Shown here: piece after piece, positions 12,810-26,135 of the stretch
Layout of the letters: the number at the start of each line of letters is the position of its first letter
How positions within the stretch are numbered: the first letter of the stretch is position 1
From: Camelus dromedarius
Taxonomy: Eukaryota
Assembly: GCF_036321535.1 (NCBI RefSeq)
Contig: NC_087437.1
Location: forward strand, 20,338,001 to 20,402,000
Direction of reading: 5' to 3'
Length of the DNA stretch: 64,000 nt
Position numbers and translations under genes: made by a program
The notes under the pieces: model-generated
Told to the model about the DNA's origin: nothing
The model's database searches: none
Seen by the model: the letters and a program-made list of their open reading frames with translations, nothing else

Positions 12810-13210
12810 ACCTGGAAGCAGCAGAGAGGCCAAGTGGTAGAACTGAATCACCAGAAGTAAGGTTGCTGTAATCACCATACTGGAAAACTGAGATGAGGTG
12901 GTAACCAATGTTCTGACTCTAGGGGACTTTTGGCAATGGGTAATTGATCAAGCATCCCTTGGAAGGAAAGAGGTTGAAAATCTACCAAAGAATTAAAATT
13001 ATCTATATAGCTGCAAACACTCTAGATCAGGCAGAAAGATGCCTGACGAATCCCCTTACAGAATGTTAGAGCCTACACTGATTCACAGGCAGTGGCTAAT
13101 GGTTTGGCTAATACTGGTCAGTGTTTGGAAGGAAAAGAACTTGTGACCAGGAGATCTTGGAGGAAAGTATGTGGATGGACCTCTAAAAATGGGTACAAAA
13201 TGCAGAGTGA
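12810..13210 (+). mobile_element. ERVL-class internal remnant (gag fragment joined to RNase H fragment)
   Basis: agaggccaagtggtagaactgaatcaccagaag resembles ERVL gag; actgattcacaggcagtggctaatggtttggct...atgtggatggacctc reads TDSQAVANGLA...MWMDL, like the ERVL RNase H motif TDSWAVANGLA. Confidence 0.7.
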
Positions 13211-13701
13211 GCAATCACACAGACACAAATATCAATGCCTGGAACCCAAGTATTGAGTCCTCTCTACCCAATAAAGACAGGTTTTGCAGGACTGGCAAGG
13301 ATTTAGATAGATAGTTCCAGTAAATGACATAGACCAGTTATTGTTAAGCTAACTCAGGGCTGTCACAGAATGAGGGTTCTGAATAATAAGGTTAATGTCC
13401 TCTTTCATATAATTAGCACAACGGAAACCTGAGGTTTTGAGTATAGCTTGGAGCTAATACAAAGTAAATAGGTTGTTTACTTAATTCAATCAAGAAACTA
13501 CTTTTTTTCATGTGGAATTCAAAAAACCTTTTATTGCAAATTAAGCATGTGTATATGTCATAGAAAAAAAAAATGCGACTCACAATTTGGGAGTCTAAAT
13601 GTCTCCAAAATTGGTTAATGAATAAAAATCAACCAAAATGATTTCATAAGAAGAAAGCAATACATTGAAGAACCTAGTTTCCAACCCTGAGATACAGTTC
13701 C

Positions 13702-14060
13702 CGTTTTAGTCCATTCATCCTGCTATAACAAAAATGTCACAGTCAGAGAGGTTTAAACAACAAACATTTATCTGTCACAGCTCTGCAGGATGGGAAGTCC
13801 AAGATTAAGGCACACAGTTTGGATCTGCTGAGGATCCATTCCGCATTTAGCAACAACAGCCTTTTGCTGTGTCCTCACGTGGCAGAAGGGGCAAGGAGTT
13901 CTTTGAGGTCTCTTTTTTAAGGGCAGTAATCCCATTCATGAGAGCTCCACTCTCATAACCTAATCACCTCCCAAAGACTCCACCTTCAAATACCATCACA
14001 CTGGAGATTAGGTTTCAACACATGGATATGGGTGAGGACACAAACATTCGGTCTATAGCA
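13702..14060 (-). mobile_element. MaLR LTR (MLT1A-like)
   Basis: ttagtccattc..ctgctataacaaaa ... taatcacctcccaaag ... cacaaacattcggtctatagca. Confidence 0.85.
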
Positions 14061-14859
14061 GTTCCAAATTGACTCTGTTTCCTTGAGCCTTGCTACATAG
14101 TAACGCAACTCAAGAGCATCCCAACAACTAGAGAGCTCCCAAACTGAACTGAAACGGGCTTCCTCGGGCAGAAGGAAGAATCTCCCGGACACCAGGGGAC
14201 TACGAGGAGAAGCTGAGGGAGACTGAGTCCGGGATGTTGGGGGAGTGTTTCTGGACCACTGAAGTCCCTTCCAGTCCTGCTGGTATGAGTCTCTCATTGT
14301 ATGCCCCAAGCCAACTGCCAGCCCTCTCCTCTCCTCTCCCCACCTCTTCCCCAAAGGCTCCCAAAATGTACTAAATTACTAATAAGATTTAGTACTGAGA
14401 CAAATGGGTGGTAGGTTGTGGTCTGGAAACCAAAGATCCAGCTAATACTATGCTTTGAGGCAGGCGCACAGAAATCTTTCTTTATCCTAAAATGCCACAT
14501 TAGTTTTATTTACCACAGGCTTGCTGCTTCTGGATGGCAGTCTCTAAAAAATCCTAATAGTGACTCCTTGCAAGCCAGGTGTGGTGAGAGACTCTGCAGC
14601 AACTCAGTGATATATAAAAATGACCCCTAATGCAGGTACTCCTGTGGTCATCCTTCCCATTTCACAGATGAACAAACTGCTCAACTTTGAGAAAGTGATT
14701 TCATCCAAAGCGACACAGCTAATTAGCAACCACACTGAAATTTGAACCCAACCAGACTGACCCCAAAGCCCCCAAACTGAGGTGTGCTGATGCCACTGGT
14801 CCAGGGGTGACACTTGGCCTGCAAGGCACATCTCGGTTCTGCCTGCCAGTGGTGGTTTA

Positions 14860-15080
14860 CTATTTAGCACCTACCACAGCCAGGCATGCACAAGATGCCC
14901 TCTAGACTCTACTCCCTTAATCCCCACAACCAGCCTATGAGGTAGATATTATTATAATTCCCATTTTACCAAAGAGGAAGTTGAGGCATCAAGAGCTAAA
15001 GTGCTTACCCCAGTAAGGCAGATCTAAGAGGCAGGGGCAGGACCCACACCCAGATCTGGCCAACCCCCAAACTTTCTTTT
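14860..15080 (-). mobile_element. MIR SINE (a second MIR piece at ~14620-14780)
   Basis: cacaaccagcctatgaggtagatattattataattcccattttacc..agaggaagttgaggc. Confidence 0.7.
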
Positions 15081-16285
15081 TCACCCTTCACCAGGTTGCT
15101 CTGATCCACTTGTCCCCACGAGAACTGGCAGGTTTATTTATAGTGCAGTAGTTCATGGATCAAGTAATGAAATATTCCTTGAGAAAATTAGGAGGCCACA
15201 GCCAATAATGACTACAGAAGAAATATTACTACACAGTGTATTGCAATCCTGTGCTTTTGATAATTCTCTCAAGAGAAGATGCATTATGTTAGTTTATCAT
15301 TTTAACTAAATTCTCAACAAGCTATTTACCTGTCAGTTTGTATCTGTGGAGACTGTTTTTGTAACATCAGACAAATGAGCAATTAGAGACTATAAAAGGC
15401 TCTTAAATGTGGAGAAGCTTATAAACCTGAACTCCCAGGGACGATAAATGTCACATCAAACGTCTTCAGTACACATTTCCTGTCTACCCTTTGTTTCAAC
15501 AGCTGTGATATGGCACTCCTTATCCTAGTCTGAGGACACCTGCCTTCCAGTAGGATGTAATGGGAAAATTGGGGACCTGGGACATAGGTAACTTGGATTC
15601 TAGACACAGCTGTTCTTGGATGACCTTGACCAGGTCAATATTTCTTTCAGTTACTTGTTAATAAAATGAGAGGGTCAAAACTAGAATATTGTTAAGAGCT
15701 ATCCAAGGTCCAATGTGAATGGCTTCATGAGTCTATGATTTTGACTATGAATAGCTCCATTCTTTATAATTCCTCAGCAGAATTTTAAATAAGGGCAAGT
15801 TTAGCCCTTAACTAATATTAGCTATCATTATTATCATCATTATTATTTGATGAAGTCAGAAAATCTATCTGTAATAAAAAAGCAGAACCAAGATTTAAAA
15901 TTTCACCATTAGAGATTCATTTCTTTGGTTTTAGAGGGTTTTAAAATATCTCAAACAGGAGACACACTTCAAGACCTAATGGATTATTTTTAAGAAGCAG
16001 GAATCTTCTTGCTTTTAAATAAAATTCTTTAATCAGCCTTTCTATACAAACCATAGTTACTGAATTTTCTGGATGAAATGGGGAATGGAGAAGGGGCAGG
16101 GGGAATGGGATACCTGGAAGTTCCTCATACCTGGGAGTTCTTCATACCATTTAGGATTTCTTTTATTTTCTTCACCCTCATAAGACCCCTAGGGTACTGC
16201 CTCCAAAACCTAGGATTCATCAGAAGACCATTCAAAACATTTCTTTAAACCAATACCAGCTCACACTCTTTAAGAACCAATAGAG

Positions 16286-16412
16286 GGGGGTGGGGGTATA
16301 GCTCAGTGGTAAGGCACGTGCTTGGCATGCACAGGGTCCTGGGTTCAATCTTCAGTGCCTCCGTTTAGCGAGAATATTTATTTATTTATTTTATATATAT
16401 ATTTATATATAA
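16286..16412 (+). mobile_element. tRNA-Ala-derived SINE (vic-1-like) with AT-rich tail
   Basis: gggggtatagctcagtggt...gtcctgggttcaatc; 14-bp TSD aagaaccaa(t/c)agag at 16272-16285 and 16413-16426. Confidence 0.88.
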
Positions 16413-16689
16413 AAGAACCAACAGAGATCTAGATGAGTGATGGGGAATGGAGAACAGTAGAGTGAGCACAGAAGAGGCCAGACTCTGGATGGAAGGGAGA
16501 GGAAAGAGAAACTAACTGTTATTGAGAGACTTCTGTCCACCATGTACTTTATTAGATTCTTTAAATATGCAATAAGGGAAAAGTATTTAAATTATACATA
16601 TGTACCAAGACCCAATACCCATGCCAATCCCTCTACTTTTGCACCAGACGCATCTCCACTTCTCTACTCAGGACATTGTTTCAACAACT

Positions 16690-17730
16690 CTCCCCTGTCT
16701 CAGTCATCTCGCACCAGGATCACAGTCATGGCTTCCCAACTGCCTCCCCACCTATCCACAGTGTCCTATCGTCATAGCCACACTGCCCAGAACCACCGAG
16801 AGTTATGCTTCAAGTAAAAGCCCAAGTCCTTCACGAGCCTTCAAGGGCCTCACGATCTGGGCCTGATCCCACCGGACCTCACCTCCTGGTTCACCCCTGC
16901 ACACTCTCTGCTGCAGCCACACTGCCTTCCTGTTGCTCCTGGAAAATCTCAAGTACACTCCTGCCAAGGTGCCTTTACACTGGTTGTCCCCTCTCCCTGG
17001 GGTACTCTTCTCCAGATATCCACGTGGCCCACTCCCTACTTCCTTCAAGCCTTCTCTCCAATGTCCCCTTCTCAAAAAGTCTCCCTGTTTAACACCGCAG
17101 GCTGCCCACCCCCTTGGGCACTTCAATCTCCTTTCCCACTATGTAAAGTCATGTTGAAGTCCTAATCCCCAGTAGATCCAAATGTGACCTTATTTGGAAA
17201 TTGAGTAATTGCCAATGTAATTAGTTAAGATGAGGCCATACTGGAGTAGGGTGGCCCCTAATCCAATACACCTGGTGTCCTTATAAAAAGGGTAATTTTG
17301 GACACTGAGACAAACATGCATAGAGGGAGGATGCTATGTAAAGACTGAAGTTAAGCTGCCACAAGCCAAGGAACTAACAGAAGCCAGGAGAGGTGCCTGG
17401 AACAGATCCTCCCCTAGAACCTGCAGAGGGAACATGGCCTTGATCCCAGACCTGTGAGACAACCATTTCTGTTATTCATGCCACCCAGTCTGGGATACTT
17501 TGTTACAGCAGCCCTAGCTAACTAATAAACTTTCCCTGCTTGGCTTTCCCTCTTTTCCATGGAACATTAATGTATCACATAATTTACTCATTTATTCCTT
17601 TAATGTCTCTTGTCTGTCTCCCTTTTCTGGATTACCTCTGAAAGGGCCCAGATCTTGGTCTGTTTTGTTCACCGATGTATAACATAGTAAGCATTAAGTG
17701 AATTCCTTCAAGTAAAGGAATAAATGAAAC
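16690..17730 (+). mobile_element. L2 3' region interrupted by an MLT1 LTR
   Basis: L2 motifs (gcagccacactgccttcctgttgctcctgg; ttggtctgttttgttcaccgatgtat; terminal gaataaatgaa). Confidence 0.7.
17140..17528 (+). mobile_element. MaLR LTR (MLT1B/C-like)
   Basis: atgttgaagtcctaatccccagta...gtgaccttatttggaaat...tttgttacagcagccctag. Confidence 0.85.
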
Positions 17731-18449
17731 ACATTTATCTCCCTTCTTCTGTGTTCTCAAGAAACCATCAAATTCTACCTCACTTTTCTGTCTTAGCTCT
17801 CAGACTGACTCTCCCTGGACAATACCCCTCCCTTGCTTACAGACTCTCAGCACTGGTCTTCCTGCCCCTGGAAACAATAACAGCAGGTTGCTAGGGCCTT
17901 ACAGTGAAAAGAGTGTGGCCCAAGAGGGTGCAGTTAACTTTATGGTGCATATGTTTAACCCTCATAGTAACCCTGTGAAGCAGATGTCATTATAATCCCA
18001 TTTTATGGATAAGGAAACTGAGGTTCATAAAAGTCAAGCATTACGCCCATAGCAACCTGTGCCTAAAACACTTGGGCATCTTGACCTTCCTCCTTCCCTC
18101 ATTAGCACAGCAGCTTCCGAGGGGCAGTAGCAGCATCTTCACGGCCATCTCACAAGATCCTAGGACACCTGGGCACACAGGATGTGTTCCACATACATTG
18201 CCAAACTCTCACGGTGACTCTACTGGTAAATGGCAAAGCTGGACCAAAACACAGCCTAACCCTACAGCCCGCACTCCACCCACAGAGCTCACCCTGCCAG
18301 CAGACACGGACCACATCACAGCTTCCTCTTAATGTTACCAGAGTTTTTCAGCAGCCTCATCTCTCCCCTCTCCACCCAAAACACCCCAAAGAACTCAGGT
18401 TCACACCCCGCTGAACCCCACTCATATACACATAGTAGATAAATATGCA

Positions 18450-21400
18450 CATAGAGAGTTTCTGCCTCTTTCCACTCCCCACCCCCCCCCAAAAACTGAG
18501 ATCTTATACATTCATGTGTGCATCTTGCTCTTCTCATTCAACAATATTCCTGAAAACACCTCCAGGTGAACTGATTTGGCTCTAAATCATTCTTTTTAAT
18601 GACTGTTTGGTATCACAATTTATTTAACCATATGTCATTGTTAGTTATTCCATTTTTTTCCAGGATTTTTTCTTTTGTTGGTGTTGCTATATTAAACATC
18701 CTTAGGTAGATAATATCTACCAATAGAATCCCAGGAGTAAGATGATTACATTAAAAAGAAAATGTATATATACTTCTACCTATTATCAAGAAAAATTTCA
18801 AACATAAAAAGTAATGGAAATAGTACAATGAATCCCCATAAACCTATCACCCAGCTTCAGCAGTTATCAAGTCATGGCCAATCTGATTTCATTTTACCCC
18901 TTACCCACTTCCCCACAATCTAGATTATTTGGGAGGTGGGGGGACTAGATACTTTATCACTTAATCTATAAACGTATTTATCTGTATCTCTGAAAGCTGA
19001 GGACCCTCTTAAATAACATAACCACAATAACATTATCAAACCTGAAAAAGTAATCATTTCTTCTTACCATCCAATCTCAGGCAGTGTTCAAATCCTTCCA
19101 CTGAATCATAAATAGTTTTACAGTTTGTTCAAATCAGGATCTTAATAAGATTCAACATTTGAATTGGTCAATAAGTGTCTTAGATCTCTTTTAATTTACA
19201 AATTTCCCCCTTTATAGCTGTGTATGTGTGTATGTCTCCCTTGCAATATCTTTGTTGAAGAAACCAGGTCATTCGTACTGTACAGTTTTCCACAGTCTGC
19301 ATTTTGCAAACTGCTTCACCACAATATCAACTGTCCCCAACAACTGGTACTCAGAGCTAGAAGTCAGATCAGATACAGGTAAGAACTTTTGCAAGAATGC
19401 TTTACAGGTGGGGCTGCACACTTCCATCCGGGCCTCACCATGTCTGGCTGTCTCTCTTTGGCACCCTGAGCAGTCCCTAATGACACTGCCTCGATTTATC
19501 TCTTCAGTAGGAGCTGCAAACGGATGCTATCTCAATCCCATCCTTCTTCATTTATCAGCTGGGATACATCTATCAGAGAAAATTACCCTTAACAACTCAT
19601 TGTCTTGAAGCACAGTTCATACAAAGTCTAGACAAATTATTCTCTCCTTTTATTTACCAGGTTTCAAAATAACAAGTTAGTTTCCTAGTATCCTCTAAAT
19701 GAGTGGTTTGGGGATATTTGTTTTGCATCTTTATAAATTCATAGGTTTTTAAATGTAAATAAAGGATTAACAAATGCATTCTTTCTCCATGGGGAAAAAA
19801 TGACCTTAACTTTCTTTCTCTGTTCCCCTGGAAACATAATAAAGGTGAAATGTCGACCGTGTTACCAGGCAACACTGCTTGTGATAAAAATGACTTCCAA
19901 TTAGTAAACTACACCTGGCCTGGGAGGACTGTGAATTAACTATAAATATCTAGGCAGAGATGCATGGTTTGAGCTTCTCTGAATGCAGTGCATTCTTGTA
20001 ACTGTGCATGTCCCTTGCTGGGACCCCTGGAAGCTATTCCCGTGGGAGGAAATAAAACATACTGGCTTATATGGGGAATGGAACTTATAAGCCCTAATGA
20101 CTCCCACACCCATTCACGTGGGCTGGATTTCCCAGGAAACAGACTATGAGATGGAGATTTATGCACAAGAGGTTTACCGGGAAGGGCTCTCTGGGAGTGA
20201 GGGGAAAAGGACGGTGCAGCTGGAAAAGCTAAACTACAATACAGTTGTAATTGTAAACCTCAGCCAATCCAGTAGGACTTCCTCAGTAGCTTGGATGGCC
20301 CTTTAAAGTAGTCCCGATTTTGGCAGAACTGCTCCCTGAATAAGTGTAATCTTGGGCAAGGCAGCTCCCCTCCACTGACAGAAATTCCCAGAGAAAGATT
20401 CAGGTGTGAACTGTGAGTCACCAACAGTCCAGACAACTGAAGGAACAACTCTCTCAGTCCTTACAAGGACACCTGGGCGGTGCACCACAGCATCACCAAA
20501 TGCACACATTTGGTCTCATTCCTGCACACCTGAGCCATCACACCTGCCCCACCCCTCCCTGGCATGCTCTTCTTTTTGTCCTATATCCTCTAGCAAAGCT
20601 AAATAAACTGTTGAGTTTTGAAAAATGTAGATCTAAACCCACATTTGTCTTGTACCTTTCCTGCCCTAGACCTGGGATCCCCCATTTCTCCCAAGAGCCC
20701 TGGTTCTTTTTGCTGATACTCAGACACCACAGTCTAGGAGACAAGGGGCTCACTATTACTGGGTAAGTCATGATTTCTGGGCCTTTTCAGTGGTTAGAGT
20801 TAAAAAACATTTTTTTCAGGTAAAATACATCATGAGTTGATACTGATATTTTTAATTCAAATCAGGAATACCACATTTTCTTAACTTTAGCAGTCATCCA
20901 TCTGTGTTTCTCCCATGCCCAAAATTGTGATTCTCATTAACATCAACATAATTCCTCATTTATTTTATTGAAAAATATACACACAACACTTCCAGAATGA
21001 CAATATCAACAAGATCATTAACAGCAGGATTACTGAAAGAATATAAGATTTCTTTTTGTTTGTTTTGTTTTGTTTTGTTTCTACTTGGGGATAAAACCCA
21101 CTAGGGATGGACAATCAAATTACCATGTTTTAAACTAACTTAAAACAATTCCTCTTTGTATGGTTGTGCCACCAACTCAAGTCACAGGTTGTTTTTTTCT
21201 TTTCGCCTTAAGTTTTAGGATTTCTCTTTTTAGTTTAATTTTGTTTTATAATTATGTAAAGTATTTAAGTGGTTTCTAAATCAGCCCTATAAACTAAGAT
21301 ATACAGTCCCCCTCAACTTCGTCCCTAGATTTCCCTGAAATCTAAACTTTGGGTTTTTCTTTCTGTCTCATATATCAAGATAACCCAATGACTTAAGGCC

Positions 21401-23030
21401 TTTTCTGAGATGAATGGTAGCATATTATATGTACATTTCTACACCTGGATTTTGCACTCAATAATATATTTTAGAAATCATTTTGAAACAGTCAACCGAA
21501 GTCTTCCTTATTTTTTTATGTAACTGCATTAGACACCATTGTGTGGATGTATTTTATTTTATAATCAGTTCCCTGTTGATGGACATTTTTGTGCTATTAC
21601 AAATAGTGCTGTAATAACACCGTGAACGAATCTTTTTTGTATTTTTGTCAGTATATCTTTGGGAGAGAGTCTTAGAACTGGAATTGCTGAGTCAAGAGGT
21701 AAATTTAATTTTGAGAGTTATGTCCAATTCCCCTCCACAGTGTCCGTGTCATTTATACCATTCCCACCAATAATATTTGAGAGCTCCTGTTCCCCCAAGA
21801 GCTTTGCTAAGAGAGTATGTTCTCAATTTCTGGGGATTCTGGTAACCTGATGGATGGAAATGGTATCTCAGTGTTGACTTACTTTGCATTTCACTTATTA
21901 TGAGCAAAAGTAAGAAATTTTATATATAATTAAAGGCTATTAACATTTTTTCTATAAACTTTATATTTTTAGCTCATTTTTCTGAAGGAAACGATATTTT
22001 CCATCTAAAATTTTTAGAAGCTCTTTAGATGTTTAGGGTATCAAATCTTTGCCCATAGGTTACACATTGTTTTCAATCTGTCATTGTCTTTCTATTTTGC
22101 TCATGGTTGATGGGTTTGGTATTTTTGCGGGGATTTTGTTTTATTTTTTTGTTTGTATTTTCTTTTAATCCTTTAAAATATTTTTATTCATGGAATCACA
22201 TTTATCAATTTTTTTCCTTTGTTGCTTGTTCATTTTTGTCACATTCAGGAAGGTTTTCCCCACTCCCAAGTTATAACACTATTAATTCATATTTTCTTTT
22301 AATATTTGTATAACTTCATTTTTCACCACATTTAAATCTCTGATCCATTCAGCATTTACTTTGATGTGAGGAATGGATTCAATTTTATATTTTTACATAA
22401 GACTATCCAGTCCTCCTAACCACATATTTTAAATACCTTGTCTTTTCCCCATTGACCTGAGATGGTACCTCCGGTACATATTAAATTTCTACATGCAATT
22501 TGGTCTATTTGGATTTTTCTATTTCTCTTTCAGTGTCAGTCAATTTCTTCATCAGCACTAATACTGTTTCAATTATAGAGGCCTTAAAATATCTTTAAAA
22601 TATTTAGTACAAGTAGACCTCTTTATGTCTATTCTCCATCAGAGTTTTCCTGGCTGTTCTTGCTTATTTGTTCTTTCAAATAAACAATATAATCAACATT
22701 CCTAGCTTCAGAAAGAAATCTGATATCTTTATTAGAATTGCTTTGAATTTGTTAATTAACTTAGGGAAACTGGCATCTTTGTGATGCTGTTTTCCTATTC
22801 ATAATTATGGTACATATTTCCTTTTGCTCAAGTCTATATTTAAATCTTTCAAGGGTGTTTTAGAGCTTTCCTGATAGAGGCTTTGAACTTTCCTGGTCAA
22901 GTTTATATCTATGTATTTTCTTTGTTTTTTGCTTGTGTTTGTGAATGTAAATTGGGTATTCTTTACTTTTACATCTGTTTTTGTTTGTTTATATGAAGGT
23001 CATTGATTTTTGTATGTTGAATTTGTTTTT
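18450..23030 (-). mobile_element. Patchwork of ancient antisense L1 (L1MC/L1ME-like) fragments, interrupted near 19750-20500
   Basis: Long T-rich tracts with antisense L1 3' end and ORF2 motifs (aaatggtatctcagtgttg..tttgcattt; gtttcaattatagaggcctt; aattaacttagggaaactggcatcttt). Confidence 0.65.
20110..20500 (-). mobile_element. ERVL-type LTR remnant (LTR16/LTR33-like)
   Basis: ggatttcccaggaaacagactatgagatggagatttatgcacaagaggttta resembles the antisense 3' end of this family. Confidence 0.55.
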
Positions 23031-23034
23031 TTAT

Positions 23035-24255
23035 CCAACTACACTGAGGAATAATTGAGAAGTAAAATTGAGTATTTTTGAAGTATACAACGTGATGACT
23101 TGATACACATAAAAACTGTGAAATGATGACTATAATCCAGTTAATTAATACACCCATAATCTTTGGTGTGATGAGAATGTTAGAGATCTACTCTCTTAGC
23201 AAATTTCAAGTATATAATACAACATTATTAACTATAGTCACTATACTCTACATTAGAGCCCCAGAACTTATACATCTCATAAAAAGAAGTTGTACTCCTA
23301 GTCAACATCTGCCCATATCCCCCACCCCACCCCAGTCCCTGGAAACCACTATTCTGCTGTTTTCTATGACTTGGTCTTTTTTTTTTAGATTCCACATATA
23401 AGTGAAATCATACAATAACTATTCTTCTCTGTCTCTTATTTCACTTAGCATAATGTCCTGAAGATTTGCCCATGTTGTTACACAAATGGCAGGATTTCCT
23501 TTTTTATGGCTGAATGCTATTCCATTGTGAGAGTCAGTGTGGGGGGGTTTGCGTGTCTGTGTGTGTGTATGACATTTTCTTTATCCACTCATCTGTCGAT
23601 GGGCACTTAAGTTGTTTCCACATCTTGACTATTGTGAATAATGCTGCAGTGAACATGGGATTGCAGACATCTCTTCAAGATACTGATTTAATTTCCTTCA
23701 GCCATAAATCTAGAAGTGGGATTTCTGGATCATGTGTTCTATTTTTAGTTTTTTTAGCAACTTCCATACTGTTTCCCCAGTGGCTATATCATTTTGCATT
23801 CCCATCAACAGTGCTGTACACTTTCACCACGTCCTACACAACAGTTGTTATCTCTTGTCTTTTCGACAACAACCATTCTAACCGATGTAAGGTGACATCT
23901 CATTGTGGATTTAATTTGCCTTTCCCTGATAATCAGTGATGCTGAGCACCTTTCTGTGTACCTGTAGACCATTTGTATGTCTTCTTTGAAAAAAAAAATG
24001 TCTATTCAGGTCTTTTGCCCATTTTATAGTTGGATTATCTGGTTTTTTGCTCTTGAGTTGTACAAGTTCTTCAGATACTTTAGAAATTAACCCCTTATCA
24101 AATATACGGCTTGCAAATATTTTCTCCCATTTCATAGATTGCTTCTTCACTCTATTGACTGTTTACTTTGCTGTGCAGAAGCTTTTTAGTTTGGTGTAGT
24201 CCCATTTGTCTATTTCTGCTTTTGTTGCCTGTTCTTTTGGTGTCATATCCAAAGA
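23035..24255 (-). mobile_element. L1 3' end (L1MA8/9-like), antisense
   Basis: Minus ORF 23911-24150 (WEKIFASRIFDKGLISK...WAKDLNRHF) is the ORF2 C-terminus; recognisable antisense 3' UTR. Confidence 0.88.
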
Positions 24256-24279
24256 AAAACAAAATCATATAAAAGGATC

Positions 24280-26135
24280 TCTATTCACAGATTACATAAA
24301 GTTTTATATATATGTATATATGTATGTATACATACATACACCCTTTTATATGCATATATCTACCTCCTTTTAAAATTAAAAAAAAGCTTAGAGCTAATAA
24401 TGAGTTCATCAAAGTTGCAGGATAAAAGACCAATATAGCAAAATCAGTTATATTTCTATATACCAACAATGAATAATTCAAAAAATAATAAGAAACGTTT
24501 TTTTACAACAGTATCCAAAAAAACAAATTTAGGAATAAATTTAACCATAGAAGTGCCAGATTTGTGCACTGAAAATTAAAAAACATTATTGACATAAATT
24601 TTAAAAGACCTAAATAAATGGAAGGGTATCTTTTGCTCATGGATTGGAAAACTTAATACTGTTAAGATAGCATACTCCCCAACATGATTTATAGATTTAA
24701 TGCAACCCCTATTACGATTCTAATGGCCTTTTGTGAAAAAACAGAAGAGCTGATCCTAAAAGTTATATTGAAATACAAGAGGCTCAGAATGTCCAAGATA
24801 CACTTTATAAGAAAAAAAGTAGAGAACACACATTCCCAAATTTTAAAAATTACTACAAAGCTGTAGTATGAAGATACTGTGTTTGACAGAAGAATAGATA
24901 TGTAGATCAAAGGACTAGAATAGAGTCTAGTAGTAAGCTATACATCTACAATCAACTGATTTTCTCACATGAAATAAAAAAAATTAAAAATGGATCAAAG
25001 ATCTAATAGCTCAAACTATAAAGTATTAGGAGAGAACACAGGTATAAATCTCCACGATCCTGGATTAGGCAAAGGTTTCTTAAATGACACCAACATAGCA
25101 AGCAATAACAACAAAAATATAGATAAATCGATTTCATCAAAATTAAAATTTTTGTATTTCAAAGGACACTGTCAAAAAAAAGTGAAAGGACTAACCACAG
25201 AATGGAAAAAAATATTTGCCAATGATATATCTGATAAGGGTGTAGTTTCCATATTATACAAAGCACTTTACAACTCAACAATAAAAAAGACATATAACTC
25301 AATTTTTAAATGGACAAAGCATTCCAATAGACATTTCTCCAAAGAAGATCTATAAATGGTCAATAAGCACATCAAAAGGTTCTCAACATCCTTAGTCTTC
25401 AGGGAAATTCAAGTCTAAACCACTTATTAGATGGCTCTAATAATTTTTTTCTAAAAAACAAGTTTTGGTAAGGATGTCGAGAAACTGTAACCCTCATAAC
25501 ATTGTTGGTAGGAATGCAAAAATGTAAAATGGTGCAGCTGTTTCAGAAACAGTCTGGCATTTCCTCAAAAAGTTAAACAGAGCTACCATGTGACCCAGCA
25601 ATTCCACTCCTAGGTATATACTCAAGAGAATTTAAAACATGTGTTCAAACAATAGCTTGTACACAAATGTTCACAGCAACATCATTCATATTAGCCAAAA
25701 AGTGGAAACAATCCAAATGTTCATCAATGGATAATGGAGAAACAAAATGAGGTATATCCATACAATATTATTCAGCCATAAAAAAGCAAAATATTGATGC
25801 ATGCACGAACCTTGAAAACATTATGCTAAGTGAAACAAACCAGATTCAAAAGACTACATATTATATAATTCCATTTATATGAAATGTCCAGAATAGACAA
25901 TCTATAGACACAGAAAGTCAATTAATAGTTGCCAGGGGCTGTGGGGAAGAAGTATAGAGAGTGACAGCTACTGAGTACAGATGGCTTTCTGGAGTGATGA
26001 AAATGTTCTGGAATTAGATAGTGGTGAGAGTTCCACCATCTTGTGAACACACTAAAAACCACTGAATTATTCACTTTAAAACAGTAAGTTTAATGGTTAG
26101 TGACTATATCTCAATAAAAATTTTAATTTTTTTTA
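24280..26135 (+). mobile_element. L1 ORF2 3' half plus 3' UTR (L1MB-like), sense
   Basis: ORF fragments IYRFNATPI and EWKKIFANDISDKG; L1MB-type end (gatgaaaatgttctggaattagatagtggtga...tatatctcaataaaaa). Confidence 0.88.

Noticed and set aside
23035..26135. Back-to-back L1 segments as one inverted element
   Set aside because: Each has its own distinct 3' UTR type and both contain the same ORF2 C-terminal region, so they are independent insertions.
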